Under the pieces are notes generated by a model. The model saw only the letters and a program-made list of their open reading frames with translations. It was not told the origin of the DNA and did no database searches. Source: Candidatus Moanibacter sp. (GTDB taxonomy: Bacteria; Verrucomicrobiota; Verrucomicrobiia; Opitutales; UBA2987). From it: 64,000 bases of DNA. The stretch lies in NCBI GenBank assembly GCA_965215885.1, contig CBDCEW010000101.1, positions 64,001 through 128,000 of the forward strand, read 5' to 3'. A program made the translations under genes and the position numbers. Below are positions 39,800-49,453 of this stretch, piece after piece (within the stretch, counting starts at the first letter, position 1; every line of letters begins with the position of its first letter).

Positions 39800-40484
39800 C
39801 TTTGTCGTAAGCTTCGTCGTAAACTTTGTCGAACCTCCCTAAGCCCGAGTGAAGCTCTTTCCAGCGGCCAAGGAAACACGTGGTGGCGAGTAGAATCGAC
39901 GAAGTTCACGACTAAGCTTACGATTAAGTTTGGGGAGGCTTTTAACCCGTGAGGGAATCTTCGTCGTAAACTTTGTCGAATCTCCCCTAAGCCGGAGTGA
40001 AGCTCTTTCCGGCGGCCCAGGAAACACGTGGTGGCGAGTAGAATCGACGAAGTTCACGACTAAGCTTACGACGAAGTTTTGGAGAAACTTTTCACCCGTG
40101 AGGGAACCTTTGTCGCGAGCTTTGTCGCCGTATTAGGTCCCACTCTCGATCAAGTTCACGACGAAGCTTACGATTAAGTTTTGGAAGGGCTCTTCTCCCC
40201 GTGAGGGATCCTTTGTCGCGAGCTTCGTCGTAAGCTTTGTCGCCGTATTCCGTCCTCTCTCGACCAAGCTTACGACGAAGTTTTGGAGGAGCTTTTCACC
40301 CCGTGAGGGAACCATAGTCGCGAGCTTCGTCGTCAACTTTGTCGAATCTCCCCTCAGCCGGAGTGAAACTCTTTCCGGCGCCAAAGGAGCAAGTAGGAGG
40401 CACGAAGAATCGTCCAAGCTCACGACTAAGCTTACGACAAAGTTTTGGGAAGCTTTTAACCCGTGAGGGAACCTCTGTCGCGAG
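39800..40484. repeat. Five-unit array of palindromic modules (BIME-like)
   Basis: Inverted 12-mer arms with invariant CCCGTGAGGGA at 39946, 40095, 40198, 40300 and 40460. Confidence 0.85.
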
Positions 40485-40700
40485 TCCCGCTGAGCGGTAC
40501 GTCAACTCTGGCGAACCTCGTACTCTCATCACCCCCTCCCCCCGGCGCGTCGAAGACGCGCCTTTATTTTTCCGGCGAATCTGCCGGTTAAATCTCGCCG
40601 GAAAAAATCCCGTAAGGGTAGCCGCAAAACGGGTTAGAAACCTTGAAAGCCCATCGTCCGGGCTTAACGCGAATCCGATTGAAGAAAACCCAGGAAGCGA

Positions 40701-41435
40701 ATGTCTCAATTCGACCGAGAAATGAAAGCGATGCGGAGCTCGTGGAAGAGCTATGCAGGATCCATGTTGCTTACCTTCCTGATCTTCTTCCTCATTGCAT
40801 CGGCCCAACTCGGATTAGTTCTCGATCGCCCGGAAGCGAAAACGGAATTGATGGATCTCTATCAACCTCCACCACCTCCAGCACCACCACCACCTCCACC
40901 GCCCGCCGTGACCAGACCGGCGCGCTCCCTCGTTTCGAAAAATCCGGCCACATTCGATCTCCAATTCCCGGATGAGATGGACTCCGTGGAAAAGGATCCG
41001 ATCGAGCATTTGCCCTTGGAATTTCTCGATCTAACCTTCGGATCGGAAATGGAGCCCGAGATCTACATTGACTTTGATCTCCGATCGCAACTCCGAGCTG
41101 TTAAACCCAACCTAATGGACAGGCTGATCGTCTACGACCCCGATCAGGTCGATGAGAATCCTGTCCGGCTGCATGCTCCGAACTTATATATCTCTCCGAA
41201 ATTACTGAAAGAAAGAGCCGAACTCCTCGTCCTCTATCGTGTTACGAAAAAAGGACGAACGGAGGACATTCACGTCCTTGAATCAACCAACGAGGAGATC
41301 AACAAGCTCGCTCTTAATATCATCAGCGGTTCCCGATTTCGACCCGCTCGCAAAAATGGAAATCCAGTCAACATATGGGTCCAACAGGAGATGATTTTTA
41401 AGAAAAAAAGGCGCACCGATCCATTTGGGATCTAG
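40701..41435 (+). CDS. tonB: Energy transducer TonB family protein
   Basis: TM anchor, poly-Pro stretch, C-terminal RFRPARKNGNPV.W. Confidence 0.8.
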   Translation: MSQFDREMKAMRSSWKSYAGSMLLTFLIFFLIASAQLGLVLDRPEAKTELMDLYQPPPPPAPPPPPPPAVTRPARSLVSKNPATFDLQFPDEMDSVEKDPIEHLPLEFLDLTFGSEMEPEIYIDFDLRSQLRAVKPNLMDRLIVYDPDQVDENPVRLHAPNLYISPKLLKERAELLVLYRVTKKGRTEDIHVLESTNEEINKLALNIISGSRFRPARKNGNPVNIWVQQEMIFKKKRRTDPFGI

Positions 41436-41496
41436 TCCCGGCGAGCCGGGATCGGACTTATTCGAACTGTTTTCATTCCCGGCTTGCCGGGACTAG
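41432..41496. repeat. 65-bp CTAG-bounded inverted repeat
   Basis: CTAGTCCCGGCGAGCCGGGA...TCCCGGCTTGCCGGGACTAG; overlaps the tonB stop codon. Confidence 0.7.
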
Positions 41497-41796
41497 AAAC
41501 AAGAAAATGAAACTGAGATTTGTGGGAAAGTGGACGAATTGTTGCACAGTGTTTTCGTTATGGGCCATTTTGACACGATCAACCCGAGAGCCACAATCGT
41601 TCATCATCAGATTCGTAGTCGAGGATGGAATAGATATGACAATATGCCTCAAATCTCAGGTTCATTTTCTTCAAAGGAATCTGTCGGTCTCATCTGGATC
41701 GAAACATCGATCTGTCATCATGAAATCTGCACCAAAAGGGTGTTAGAAATTCTAAGTCCGACAGATTCCCAGGAAAACGCAGACTTCTCAGACTAA

Positions 41797-42075
41797 GTAC
41801 TCGAGTTCGTAAATACGGTGATGTATGTCCCGGCATGCCGGGACTGGGGGGGTAGTGCAAGGCGCGCCCACGATGGACAGCCGGGAAGCGCTTTCCTCGT
41901 CGGCGCAACGCTGCAATACCCCCGGTGCCGCCCCATCCCTATGGGACCGGGCGCTTTTGGCGCTGGGCAGCGTTGGTCGAGTCGAGCAAGGGCTCCTGCC
42001 TGGAACGACTCGACCGCCTCCCCCAGCATCCAAAATCGCCTCGGCATACATCACCGTATTTACGAACTCGAGTAC
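41797..42075. mobile_element. MITE family 2 (279 bp)
   Basis: 31-bp perfect TIR GTACTCGAGTTCGTAAATACGGTGATGTATG; TAA on both sides. Confidence 0.88.
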
Positions 42076-42396
42076 TAAGGGTAGATCGACCGATCCGCAC
42101 CATCAAGGAAGCGGCGATTCCCTGGATTTCTGCTCGAATCTCTCCCTCAGCTCGGCTCTCTCGGATAGATGCTGGGGCAGGATCTTGAGAGCGATTTCCT
42201 ATCAGTCTTGCCGTGCCCGCGAATCTTCCCGCAGATCGAGAAAGTTGGCTCTAATATCCAGGTAACCGAGATTAGTTAATTCGGATAATGCACTGATATC
42301 ACTGATCTGGTTGTTGCCGAGGTATAGCTCCATCAGGCTGGTGAGCCCGCTGAGGGCGCTGATATGGCTGATCTGGTTGGTGGCGAGCCTTAGCTT

Positions 42397-44313
42397 GACC
42401 TTATCCGAAAAGCTACTGATTGGCCGCAAAGAGGCGCAAAAGGCGCAAGAAAAACTTGAGAAAAATCATTTTTTGGCTTGATAAAAAGTGTCGCAACATG
42501 CTAGTGTTTAACAACCTAAGATTAAGAAAGGAGTTAAACATGCCAACATGTGCGACAGAGGAGAACAAAAGCGATAAGACGCCCCTTAGCAACCTCATTC
42601 TGCCGGTTCCAGACACGGATTTCCGTGATTTTCTGGATGAAGTTGAAGAATTGGCCGGGTTCGCGGCGCAAATCATCGAGGCGATCGAGAAGGATCTGGA
42701 CGCCCATGCGCGTGAGAAGAAGAAACTTCGATTGGAAGATCGCAGGTTCTTTGAAGGGCGCACAGCGGAGCTGCCGGAGCTGGACATCGAGGAGGAGAAT
42801 ATTCTGGCTGCTGAATTGAATCTTGGGGCAGGCCGGCCGCGGATGCCGGCTTATGCGGTATACGTGTTCGTGATGATTCGAGGGTTTCTGGGTTCGTTGA
42901 CCACGAAACCGGCACGGCGGTTTGTGCGCGAGTCGATGAGCTTGTACGGATTTTTGCAGAGCGGGGGACTGAGAATGCCGGCGGTGACGACGATTCTGGA
43001 GAACGTGAACCTGGTCAGCCATACGACCCGCGAGTTGATCTTTGATAAACAGATTGGGTTTATCCTCCAGGAGCAATGGGACGATTTCGGGAAGCTGACG
43101 ATCGACAGCACCTCGGTGAAAGCAAACAGCTGCTGGCCCACCGATGGGAAGATTCTGAGCGGTCTTTTGATGCGGGCCAATCGTTTGGGTCAGAAGTTGC
43201 ATGTCTTCGGGCTGGAGGATTTTCGCAAGGGATGGGTTGGGCGTTGGCTGGAGGAAATGGACAAGCTGGAGTTTCAGATTTGTCTGGCCGCGGGCAAACC
43301 GAAGTCGAAGGGCAAGCTGAAGAAACACTACCGGCGGTTGCTCAAGCGGGGCCGCAAGGCGGCCGACTCACTAACGGGGGAACTGAGCCATCTTGAAGAG
43401 GGCCTGTCGATGGATTCACTGCCTCCCACTCGCCGGGAGCTTCTGGAGCGGGCATTGAGCCAGATCAGGGGCGATATTGCCGACGCCAAGCGGGTTGTTG
43501 AGTATGCTCATGATCGGGTGTTTCACGAAAAGAAGCTACCGTCCACACAGAAGGTCCTGAGCCTCTCGGACGGATCGGCGGCCTACATCAAGAAGGGCAG
43601 CCGCAATCCAGTGATCGGGTACAAGCCACAACTGGTTCGCAGCGAAAACGGTTTTGTCACCAGCCTGATCGTACCGCAAGGCAACGCGGCAGACTCCATT
43701 GAGCTGGCGCCGGCCATCGGCGATTCGATCAAGCGCACCGGTGTCATTGCTGAACTGGTCAGCACCGATGACGGATATGCTTCGGCGAAGGGACGCAAGG
43801 AGGTGCTGAGCATGGGGGTAAAGCAGATCAGTATCAGTGGGGCGAAGGGCAAGAAGTTGACCACCCCCGAGGACTGGGAGAGCGAGGCGTATCGCGAGGC
43901 ACGCCGCGATCGCTCCGCAGTGGAGTCGCTGATGTTCACGATTAAAGATGGATTTGCCTTTGGCGAACTCGGCCGCCGCGGCATCGATGCGGTAGGCGAT
44001 GAACTGCTCGAGAAGGTTCTGGCCTACAACTTCTGCCGCATCATACTGATGAAGAAACGCCGAGGGGAGGAACTGGAACAGGCAGCCTGAATCTGACCGC
44101 TTTGAAGCTCAGAGAAAAAAGCACCACGGGATGAGTATGCCTCCAGACAGCGGCAAATATACGTATTGTGCAGCAAGCCACGCCGATGGCCGCTCAATAC
44201 CTGCTCATCGGCAGCGCCGGCAGCCTAAAACCCGAAACCTGCCAGCCATAGGCTGGTCCGCCCGTGGCGGAGAACCTTAAACCGCCCGCTCGAAAGGCTT
44301 TTCGAATGGGGTC
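42397..44313 (+). mobile_element. IS5/ISNCY-like IS, copy 3
   Basis: TIRs; 6-bp TSD TAGCTT at 42391-42396 and 44314-44319. Confidence 0.95.
42540..44090 (+). CDS. DDE transposase
   Basis: Same protein as the other two copies. Confidence 0.9.
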   Translation: MPTCATEENKSDKTPLSNLILPVPDTDFRDFLDEVEELAGFAAQIIEAIEKDLDAHAREKKKLRLEDRRFFEGRTAELPELDIEEENILAAELNLGAGRPRMPAYAVYVFVMIRGFLGSLTTKPARRFVRESMSLYGFLQSGGLRMPAVTTILENVNLVSHTTRELIFDKQIGFILQEQWDDFGKLTIDSTSVKANSCWPTDGKILSGLLMRANRLGQKLHVFGLEDFRKGWVGRWLEEMDKLEFQICLAAGKPKSKGKLKKHYRRLLKRGRKAADSLTGELSHLEEGLSMDSLPPTRRELLERALSQIRGDIADAKRVVEYAHDRVFHEKKLPSTQKVLSLSDGSAAYIKKGSRNPVIGYKPQLVRSENGFVTSLIVPQGNAADSIELAPAIGDSIKRTGVIAELVSTDDGYASAKGRKEVLSMGVKQISISGAKGKKLTTPEDWESEAYREARRDRSAVESLMFTIKDGFAFGELGRRGIDAVGDELLEKVLAYNFCRIILMKKRRGEELEQAA

Positions 44314-45140
44314 TAGCTTAGTCAGGCTGGTGAGCCCGCTCAGGGCGCTGATATCGCTGATCCGATTGGTGGCGAGGTTAAGAAATGTCAGGCTGTTCAG
44401 CCCGCGGAGGGCGCTGATATCACTGATCCGGTTGTTGTAGAGGGATAACCTTCTCAGGATGGTGAGCCCGCTCAGGGCGCTGATATCACTGATCTGGTTG
44501 TTCCAGAGGTTTACCTCTAACAGGCTGGTGAGTCCGCTCAGGGCGCTGATATCGCTGATCGGATTGTTGTAGAGGGATACCCTTCTCAGGCTGGTGAACC
44601 CGCTCAAGGCGCTGATATCGCTGATCTGGTTGTTGTAGAGGTTAAGAAATCTCAGGCTGGTGAGCCCGCTAAGGGCGCTGATATCGCTGATCCGGTTGGT
44701 GGCGAGCCATAGCTCTGTGAGGCTGGTGAGCCCGCTCAAGGCGCTGATATCACTGATCTGGTTGTTGTAGAGGTTAAGAAATCTCAGGCTGGTGAGCCCG
44801 CTCAAGGCGCCGGTATCGCTTATCTCGTTGTTCCAGAGATTTAGCTCTAGCAGGCTGGTGAGCCCGCTCAGGGCACTGATATCACTGAGCTGGTTGTTGG
44901 AGAGGTTTAGCGAGGTCAGGTTCACGGCAGCCTCCAGGCCGGTCAGGTCGGCGATGCCACTTAGGTGGGCCGAAAGGCTGGTTAGCGATTCCATGTCAGT
45001 GGCGGTTATATCGCCGGTGGGTTTTCCCAAAGCGTCTCGGATGGCCGACTCTAGACCGCTGTCCGGGATAGGCGTCTGCGCGTTGGCGATGTGCCCGAAA
45101 GGGGCGAAGACTGCCATGAATGCAATTGTTATGCGCCGAA

Positions 45141-45347
45141 TTACCATAATGCTTCTTTTGGAGAAATTGCCTTAAGCTCTTTTTTCAGGGTTTTGATTTG
45201 AATCCTTAATTCGTCCTTCTTGATTGGCGGAGCGGCTTTAAGATCCCGTTTCAAAGACTTCAATTCTAGCTTCTTATTCTTGATCTTTTCTTGAACTTCC
45301 GGCGACGCATGGTGTCGCATGGCTCCATCTGGTAGGAATTTTGTCAT
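45141..45347 (-). CDS. Small basic coiled-coil hypothetical protein
   Basis: 68-aa Lys-rich ORF overlapping the LRR start codon. Confidence 0.35.
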   Translation of the reverse strand: MTKFLPDGAMRHHASPEVQEKIKNKKLELKSLKRDLKAAPPIKKDELRIQIKTLKKELKAISPKEALW

Positions 45348-45381
45348 ACTGATTTAAGTTGGTTAACAGGCTACATGCCAT

Positions 45382-46134
45382 TCACTCAACGAACCTTTTC
45401 CGGAAACGCATCACATTGACTTGGGGTTTGTATCCTAGGATTTCTTTGGCAACGGAAAGATCAAGAAAACCGGTGTGTCCTTCATGCACATTCTCGGAGG
45501 CTCCATAGGTGAGGAGGAATTTCTCCGGGCCCCCGTAGTCGACCGCCAGCGTGAAGAGTTGCACGGCGTCAATGGGGGCCAGCAAGGTGCTGCAATGACG
45601 CAAATCCCGAGGCTCTGTAGTGCCGTTATAGGTACCGATGCGGATTCCTATGAAGCGCCGGCCGCAGACATTAACGAGGTACTTACCGGCCGCCTCGGCC
45701 ATGCATTTCATAGCTCCGTACCAGCCGTCCGGATTGATCTGGTCGACGGTGGAGAAAGTGGGGGGATCGCTGATCTTTTCATTCCAGCCGCTGGTGTGGT
45801 TGGAGCTGGCGTAAACGATTTTGCCCACGTCCGCTCGATGGGCGATTTCGAACAGTTGCATCTGCATCCCTATGTCGGTCATGCCACAGTCCGGTTCTCC
45901 GATTTTTGGGGCGCGCAGGTAGGCGAGAGAGATCAGGACATCCTGATCGGCACAGACTCGAGCGGCGAACTCCGGATCCCGCAGGTCCCCCACTTCGACG
46001 CGAGAGCGTGCGCCCTCAATCTCGCACTGATCGACGAGGGTCAGTTCGTAACGGTCCTCCGCCTCCCAGGCCGGCCAGAGGCCCGATCCGACCCTACCGG
46101 AAGCGCCGGTTAAAAGTACTCTCTTCTTACTCAA
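45382..46134 (-). CDS. NAD-dependent epimerase/dehydratase (uronate dehydrogenase-like)
   Basis: LTGASGRVG, ASSNH, YGAMK, RIG; TTG start inferred. Confidence 0.85.
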   Translation of the reverse strand: MSKKRVLLTGASGRVGSGLWPAWEAEDRYELTLVDQCEIEGARSRVEVGDLRDPEFAARVCADQDVLISLAYLRAPKIGEPDCGMTDIGMQMQLFEIAHRADVGKIVYASSNHTSGWNEKISDPPTFSTVDQINPDGWYGAMKCMAEAAGKYLVNVCGRRFIGIRIGTYNGTTEPRDLRHCSTLLAPIDAVQLFTLAVDYGGPEKFLLTYGASENVHEGHTGFLDLSVAKEILGYKPQVNVMRFRKRFVE

Positions 46135-46169
46135 GTATATCCCTTTCGTTTCTGTGTGTTCTGCTTTGA

Positions 46170-46388
46170 TCAAGAAGCCCATTTCATGGAGGGCTTCTTC
46201 TGATTTACTACGCAGTCTCTCAGATATGAGTTAATAAGGTTCTGGTAGGGGATGCCGGTTTCTTGAGCCAGCGCTTTGAAATAATCGAGGACGTCTACCC
46301 CCATGCGAATCGTAATTTGCTTTTTCAAACGCTTCGCATAAGGATTCCTTCTGAACTTTATTTTGCTTAGGTCGTATTCCTTTTTCAT
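46170..46388 (-). CDS. brnA: BrnA-family antitoxin
   Basis: MKKEYD.S..NPY..KKQITIR..YFK..GIPYQ.LIN..L. Confidence 0.85.
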   Translation of the reverse strand: MKKEYDLSKIKFRRNPYAKRLKKQITIRMGVDVLDYFKALAQETGIPYQNLINSYLRDCVVNQKKPSMKWAS

Positions 46389-46678
46389 CACTTGTTCTCT
46401 TGGTAGATTTTTCTTTCCTTCGCGGTCGCCTTGCGAGCCGAAATAATTCGGATGATATCTTCCGGCTCTCGATAGCAGTGACACGTCATCAGTGTGCGAA
46501 ATCGAAAGCTCTGACCGAGCATGAGAATCCGATCCTCGGTCTTATCATGATCGACGTCATAGAATTCGAGAGCATCCTCATCGAAGAACACGGTTTGAGC
46601 TTCTTCAAAGGAGATGCCGTGCTTTCGCTGGTTGGCGTGATTCTTCGCCTCATCCCATTCGAAATGAAGCTCGCTCAT
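46388..46678 (-). CDS. brnT: BrnT-family toxin
   Basis: FEWDEAKN..N.RKHGISFEEA..IRIISARKA. Confidence 0.92.
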   Translation of the reverse strand: MSELHFEWDEAKNHANQRKHGISFEEAQTVFFDEDALEFYDVDHDKTEDRILMLGQSFRFRTLMTCHCYREPEDIIRIISARKATAKERKIYQENK

Positions 46679-47325
46679 AACTACAATGTAATTAAGACAT
46701 GGACCGAAAGCAAGTCCCAAAATCCTTCAAGTTCAGAAAAGGAGATTTTAGGAGAATGCGGCACTCAACAACGTTCTGCCAGATTTTGGTAGACTCTTGA
46801 CATCCATGGCAAGCGAAGGTTGGTAGGTGTTTTGCATTTCTGAGGCTGCCCCGGGCTTGCACGCCTCGGCGAAGACGGGTGCCCGGGTGGGGCACGCTAA
46901 ACAGATACAAAGATTACGACGGAGTTTGGGAAGGAACCCTGCCCTTTAGCGGAGTCCTACAAGACTCATCGACAAGGTTCGCGCCAGGGTTTCGCGACGA
47001 GGTTTGAACAAAGGTGATTCGAGCTCCTCCTCTGAGTTTTCTCTTCCCTTTAGGCCGGAATACCCGAAAGGGAAACCTCGTCGCGAACCTTGTCGAATCC
47101 CTTTCGATTTTAGATCACGATTACGGATCGAATGGATATCCACCTGAATGTCTTCTCTGCCGTACGGCAGAGTAGTCGATTGTCGATTTCTGTTTCTCGA
47201 TTTTAGATTGCGATTATGAGGCGTTCGACGTTTTCGCGAACACGGCTCCATATAACAACGATTTACGGAGCACTGTAGCCGCCCCGCCCAGCGGAATAAC
47301 AACGTGGTGGTTTTTCAGCAGAATC

Positions 47326-49167
47326 ATGACTATAACCGAATCCATGAACACAACAACAGATCAAGTAATGAAGCGAAAGGACGTAGAATCTGCGCACACC
47401 TGGGACCTCGAGAGTGTGTTCCCTACAGCCGAAGACTGGGAGAAAGAGCGGCGGGCGGTGATGGCAACGCTGCCCACGCTCGCCGGGTTCAAGGGAAAGC
47501 TGGGAGAATCCCCACTTGTTCTGGCAGACTACCTGGAGGCTGCAGGGTCCATGGCGGTGCGCACCGTCAGGCTTATGACCTATGCCAATATGGAAATTAT
47601 TGTCGACACGACCAACCCCAAGGCGCTGGCGCTGAAGGGACAGGCTACCGGGCTCTTTGGGCAGTGCTGCGCCACCGTCTCCTTTTCTCAACCTGAACTT
47701 CAGGATCTGGGAGATATTCTCTTCGAGTGGGCAGAGAAGGAACCGCGACTTTCGATCTACCGGCACTATTTCGAAGACCTGATTCGTCAGAAGGACCATC
47801 TGCGCTCCGCGGAAGTTGAGCAGGTTCTGGGTCTTTTGATCGATCCCTTTTCAGGGCCCCAGGCTACCGCCAGTGCCCTTACGGATTCGGACCTGCAGTT
47901 CGCTGATGCCGTTGGGGGCAACGGAGAGGCGTTTCGCGTCGGCCAGACAACCATTCCGCCGACCGGCATCCAGAGTCCGGACCGGGAGCGCCGTCGCACT
48001 GCGTGGGAGAGCTTCAGCGACGGTTATCTCGGCGTGAAGAACACACTGGCCAGTAACTACCTGACCTGCGTCAAACAGCGAGTATTCAACATTCGGGTGC
48101 GCTCCTATGAGTCGGTCCTGCAGAGCATGCTTTCACCGGGCAACGTGCCGACTGCTGTATTCCAAAACCTGATCGATACGTTCACTGCCAATCTTCCTAC
48201 ATGGCACCGTTACTGGGACGTCCGCCTCCGTTTGCTGCGAGTCGATACGTTGCATCCATACGATCAGTGGGCTCCCCTGCAGGATAACGAAATCCGGATC
48301 CCTTATGAAGAGGCGGTCGACTGGTGCTGCGCATCCATGGAACCTCTGGGTGATGAATATGTCGCTGCGATGCGTTCCGGCTGCACCGAGGAGCGCTGGG
48401 TCGACTACGAGCCAAACATCGAAAAGCGGCAGGGCGCAGCTGCGGTGGGCGGCGGTCTCGGCAGCACGAGGAACTTCCTCTACACCTCCTACGACAGCAC
48501 CCTTCAGGCGGTCAGCGTGCTCGCCCACGAGCTTGGGCATGCCATGCACGGATACCTTATCAATCAAACGCAGCCCATCGTCTACCGCAGCATGGGGATG
48601 TCGATGGTGGCCGAAACCGCGTCGAATTTCAATCAGGCTCTGCTGCGTTCCTACCTGATGCGCGAAAAGGTTGACGATGACTCCTTCCAACTCGCTCTGT
48701 TGGACGAAGCGATGTTCAACTTCCATCGCTATTTCTTCATAATGCCAACCCTGGCGCGCTTTGAGTTCGAAGTCTTCAGTCGAGCCGAGAAAGGACAGCC
48801 CCTCAATGCCGACATCCTTAACGGAATAATGGGAGAGCTTTTCGCGGAAGGCTACGGGTCGACCCTTTCCGATGATCCGGATCGCACCGCAATAACATGG
48901 GCCCAGTTTCAGCATATTTACATGCCCTTCTATACCTTCCAGTACGCCATCGGAATCAGCGCCGCCCACGCCATGGCCGAAGGCGTTATCGCAGGCGATG
49001 GAGAGGCGCGGCAGCGTTACCTTAGTTTCCTGAAAGCGGGCGGCTCCCTCTACCCGCTTGAAGTTTTCCGGCTCGGTGGCGTCGACATGACGACACCTGA
49101 ACCGGTGGAGCAGGCCTTCGCTGTGCTCGACGACATCGTTACTCGCCTGGACGCGCTGGCTCCGTGA
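47326..49167 (+). CDS. pepF: Oligoendopeptidase F (M3B)
   Basis: TWDL, AHELGHAMH, VAETAS, H.Y.PFY.FQYA. Confidence 0.9.
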   Translation: MTITESMNTTTDQVMKRKDVESAHTWDLESVFPTAEDWEKERRAVMATLPTLAGFKGKLGESPLVLADYLEAAGSMAVRTVRLMTYANMEIIVDTTNPKALALKGQATGLFGQCCATVSFSQPELQDLGDILFEWAEKEPRLSIYRHYFEDLIRQKDHLRSAEVEQVLGLLIDPFSGPQATASALTDSDLQFADAVGGNGEAFRVGQTTIPPTGIQSPDRERRRTAWESFSDGYLGVKNTLASNYLTCVKQRVFNIRVRSYESVLQSMLSPGNVPTAVFQNLIDTFTANLPTWHRYWDVRLRLLRVDTLHPYDQWAPLQDNEIRIPYEEAVDWCCASMEPLGDEYVAAMRSGCTEERWVDYEPNIEKRQGAAAVGGGLGSTRNFLYTSYDSTLQAVSVLAHELGHAMHGYLINQTQPIVYRSMGMSMVAETASNFNQALLRSYLMREKVDDDSFQLALLDEAMFNFHRYFFIMPTLARFEFEVFSRAEKGQPLNADILNGIMGELFAEGYGSTLSDDPDRTAITWAQFQHIYMPFYTFQYAIGISAAHAMAEGVIAGDGEARQRYLSFLKAGGSLYPLEVFRLGGVDMTTPEPVEQAFAVLDDIVTRLDALAP

Positions 49168-49186
49168 GCCGGGTGCTTGCTGGATT

Positions 49187-49453
49187 TCATCCGAAGAGAT
49201 CGCAATGACTGCCGGTCCGTTCCAACCTGAGTTCGGTATCGCACAATCGATAGATGAGCACCCAATCGGGCTCCAAATGACAGTCTCTCCGACCCTTCCA
49301 GTCCCCTCTTAACGGATGGTCCTGGTAGCGTTCCGGTAGCGGTTCTCCCGCCATGAGAATATCAACAGCCCGCCTGAGCTTGCTTGAATCCTTTCCTCTC
49401 CTAATTTGCTTTCTGATGTCTCTCTTAAACTGCCCGGTTTGAGAGAGCCTCAT
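49187..49453 (-). CDS. yafQ: YafQ-family toxin
   Basis: FKRD, DHPL.G.WKG.RDCH.EPDW.LIY, RTGSH.DLF. Confidence 0.92.
   Translation of the reverse strand: MRLSQTGQFKRDIRKQIRRGKDSSKLRRAVDILMAGEPLPERYQDHPLRGDWKGRRDCHLEPDWVLIYRLCDTELRLERTGSHCDLFG

Larger units (their letters stand above)
42202..45147 (-). pseudogene. Internalin-like LRR protein interrupted by the IS
   Basis: Signal peptide, cap domain, 22-aa LRRs; removing the IS and one TAGCTT copy restores LTKLRLATNQI. Confidence 0.9.

Noticed and set aside
39800..40484. CRISPR array
   Set aside because: The cores are homologous to each other, the period is irregular (102-160 bp) and there are no cas genes
30850..42204. The two kinase fragments as halves of one split gene
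   Set aside because: The overlapping RFE segment uses different codons and residues in the two fragments
42420..42539. 40-aa N-terminal extension of the transposase
   Set aside because: It starts at TTG inside a 9-mer repeat near the IS end; the AAGGAG RBS precedes ATG 42540, and the copy differences fall in this stretch
44194..44313. C-terminal tail of the 317-aa LRR ORF
   Set aside because: It is read-through into the IS right end
23749..44313. Composite transposon formed by pairs of IS copies
   Set aside because: Copy 3 has its own perfect TSD, and the outer flanks of copies 1+2 (TAGCTA/TAGGTA) do not match exactly; unproven
42202..45147. Diversity-generating retroelement acting on the LRR gene
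   Set aside because: No reverse transcriptase or template/variable repeat pair is visible; the variation is block-like
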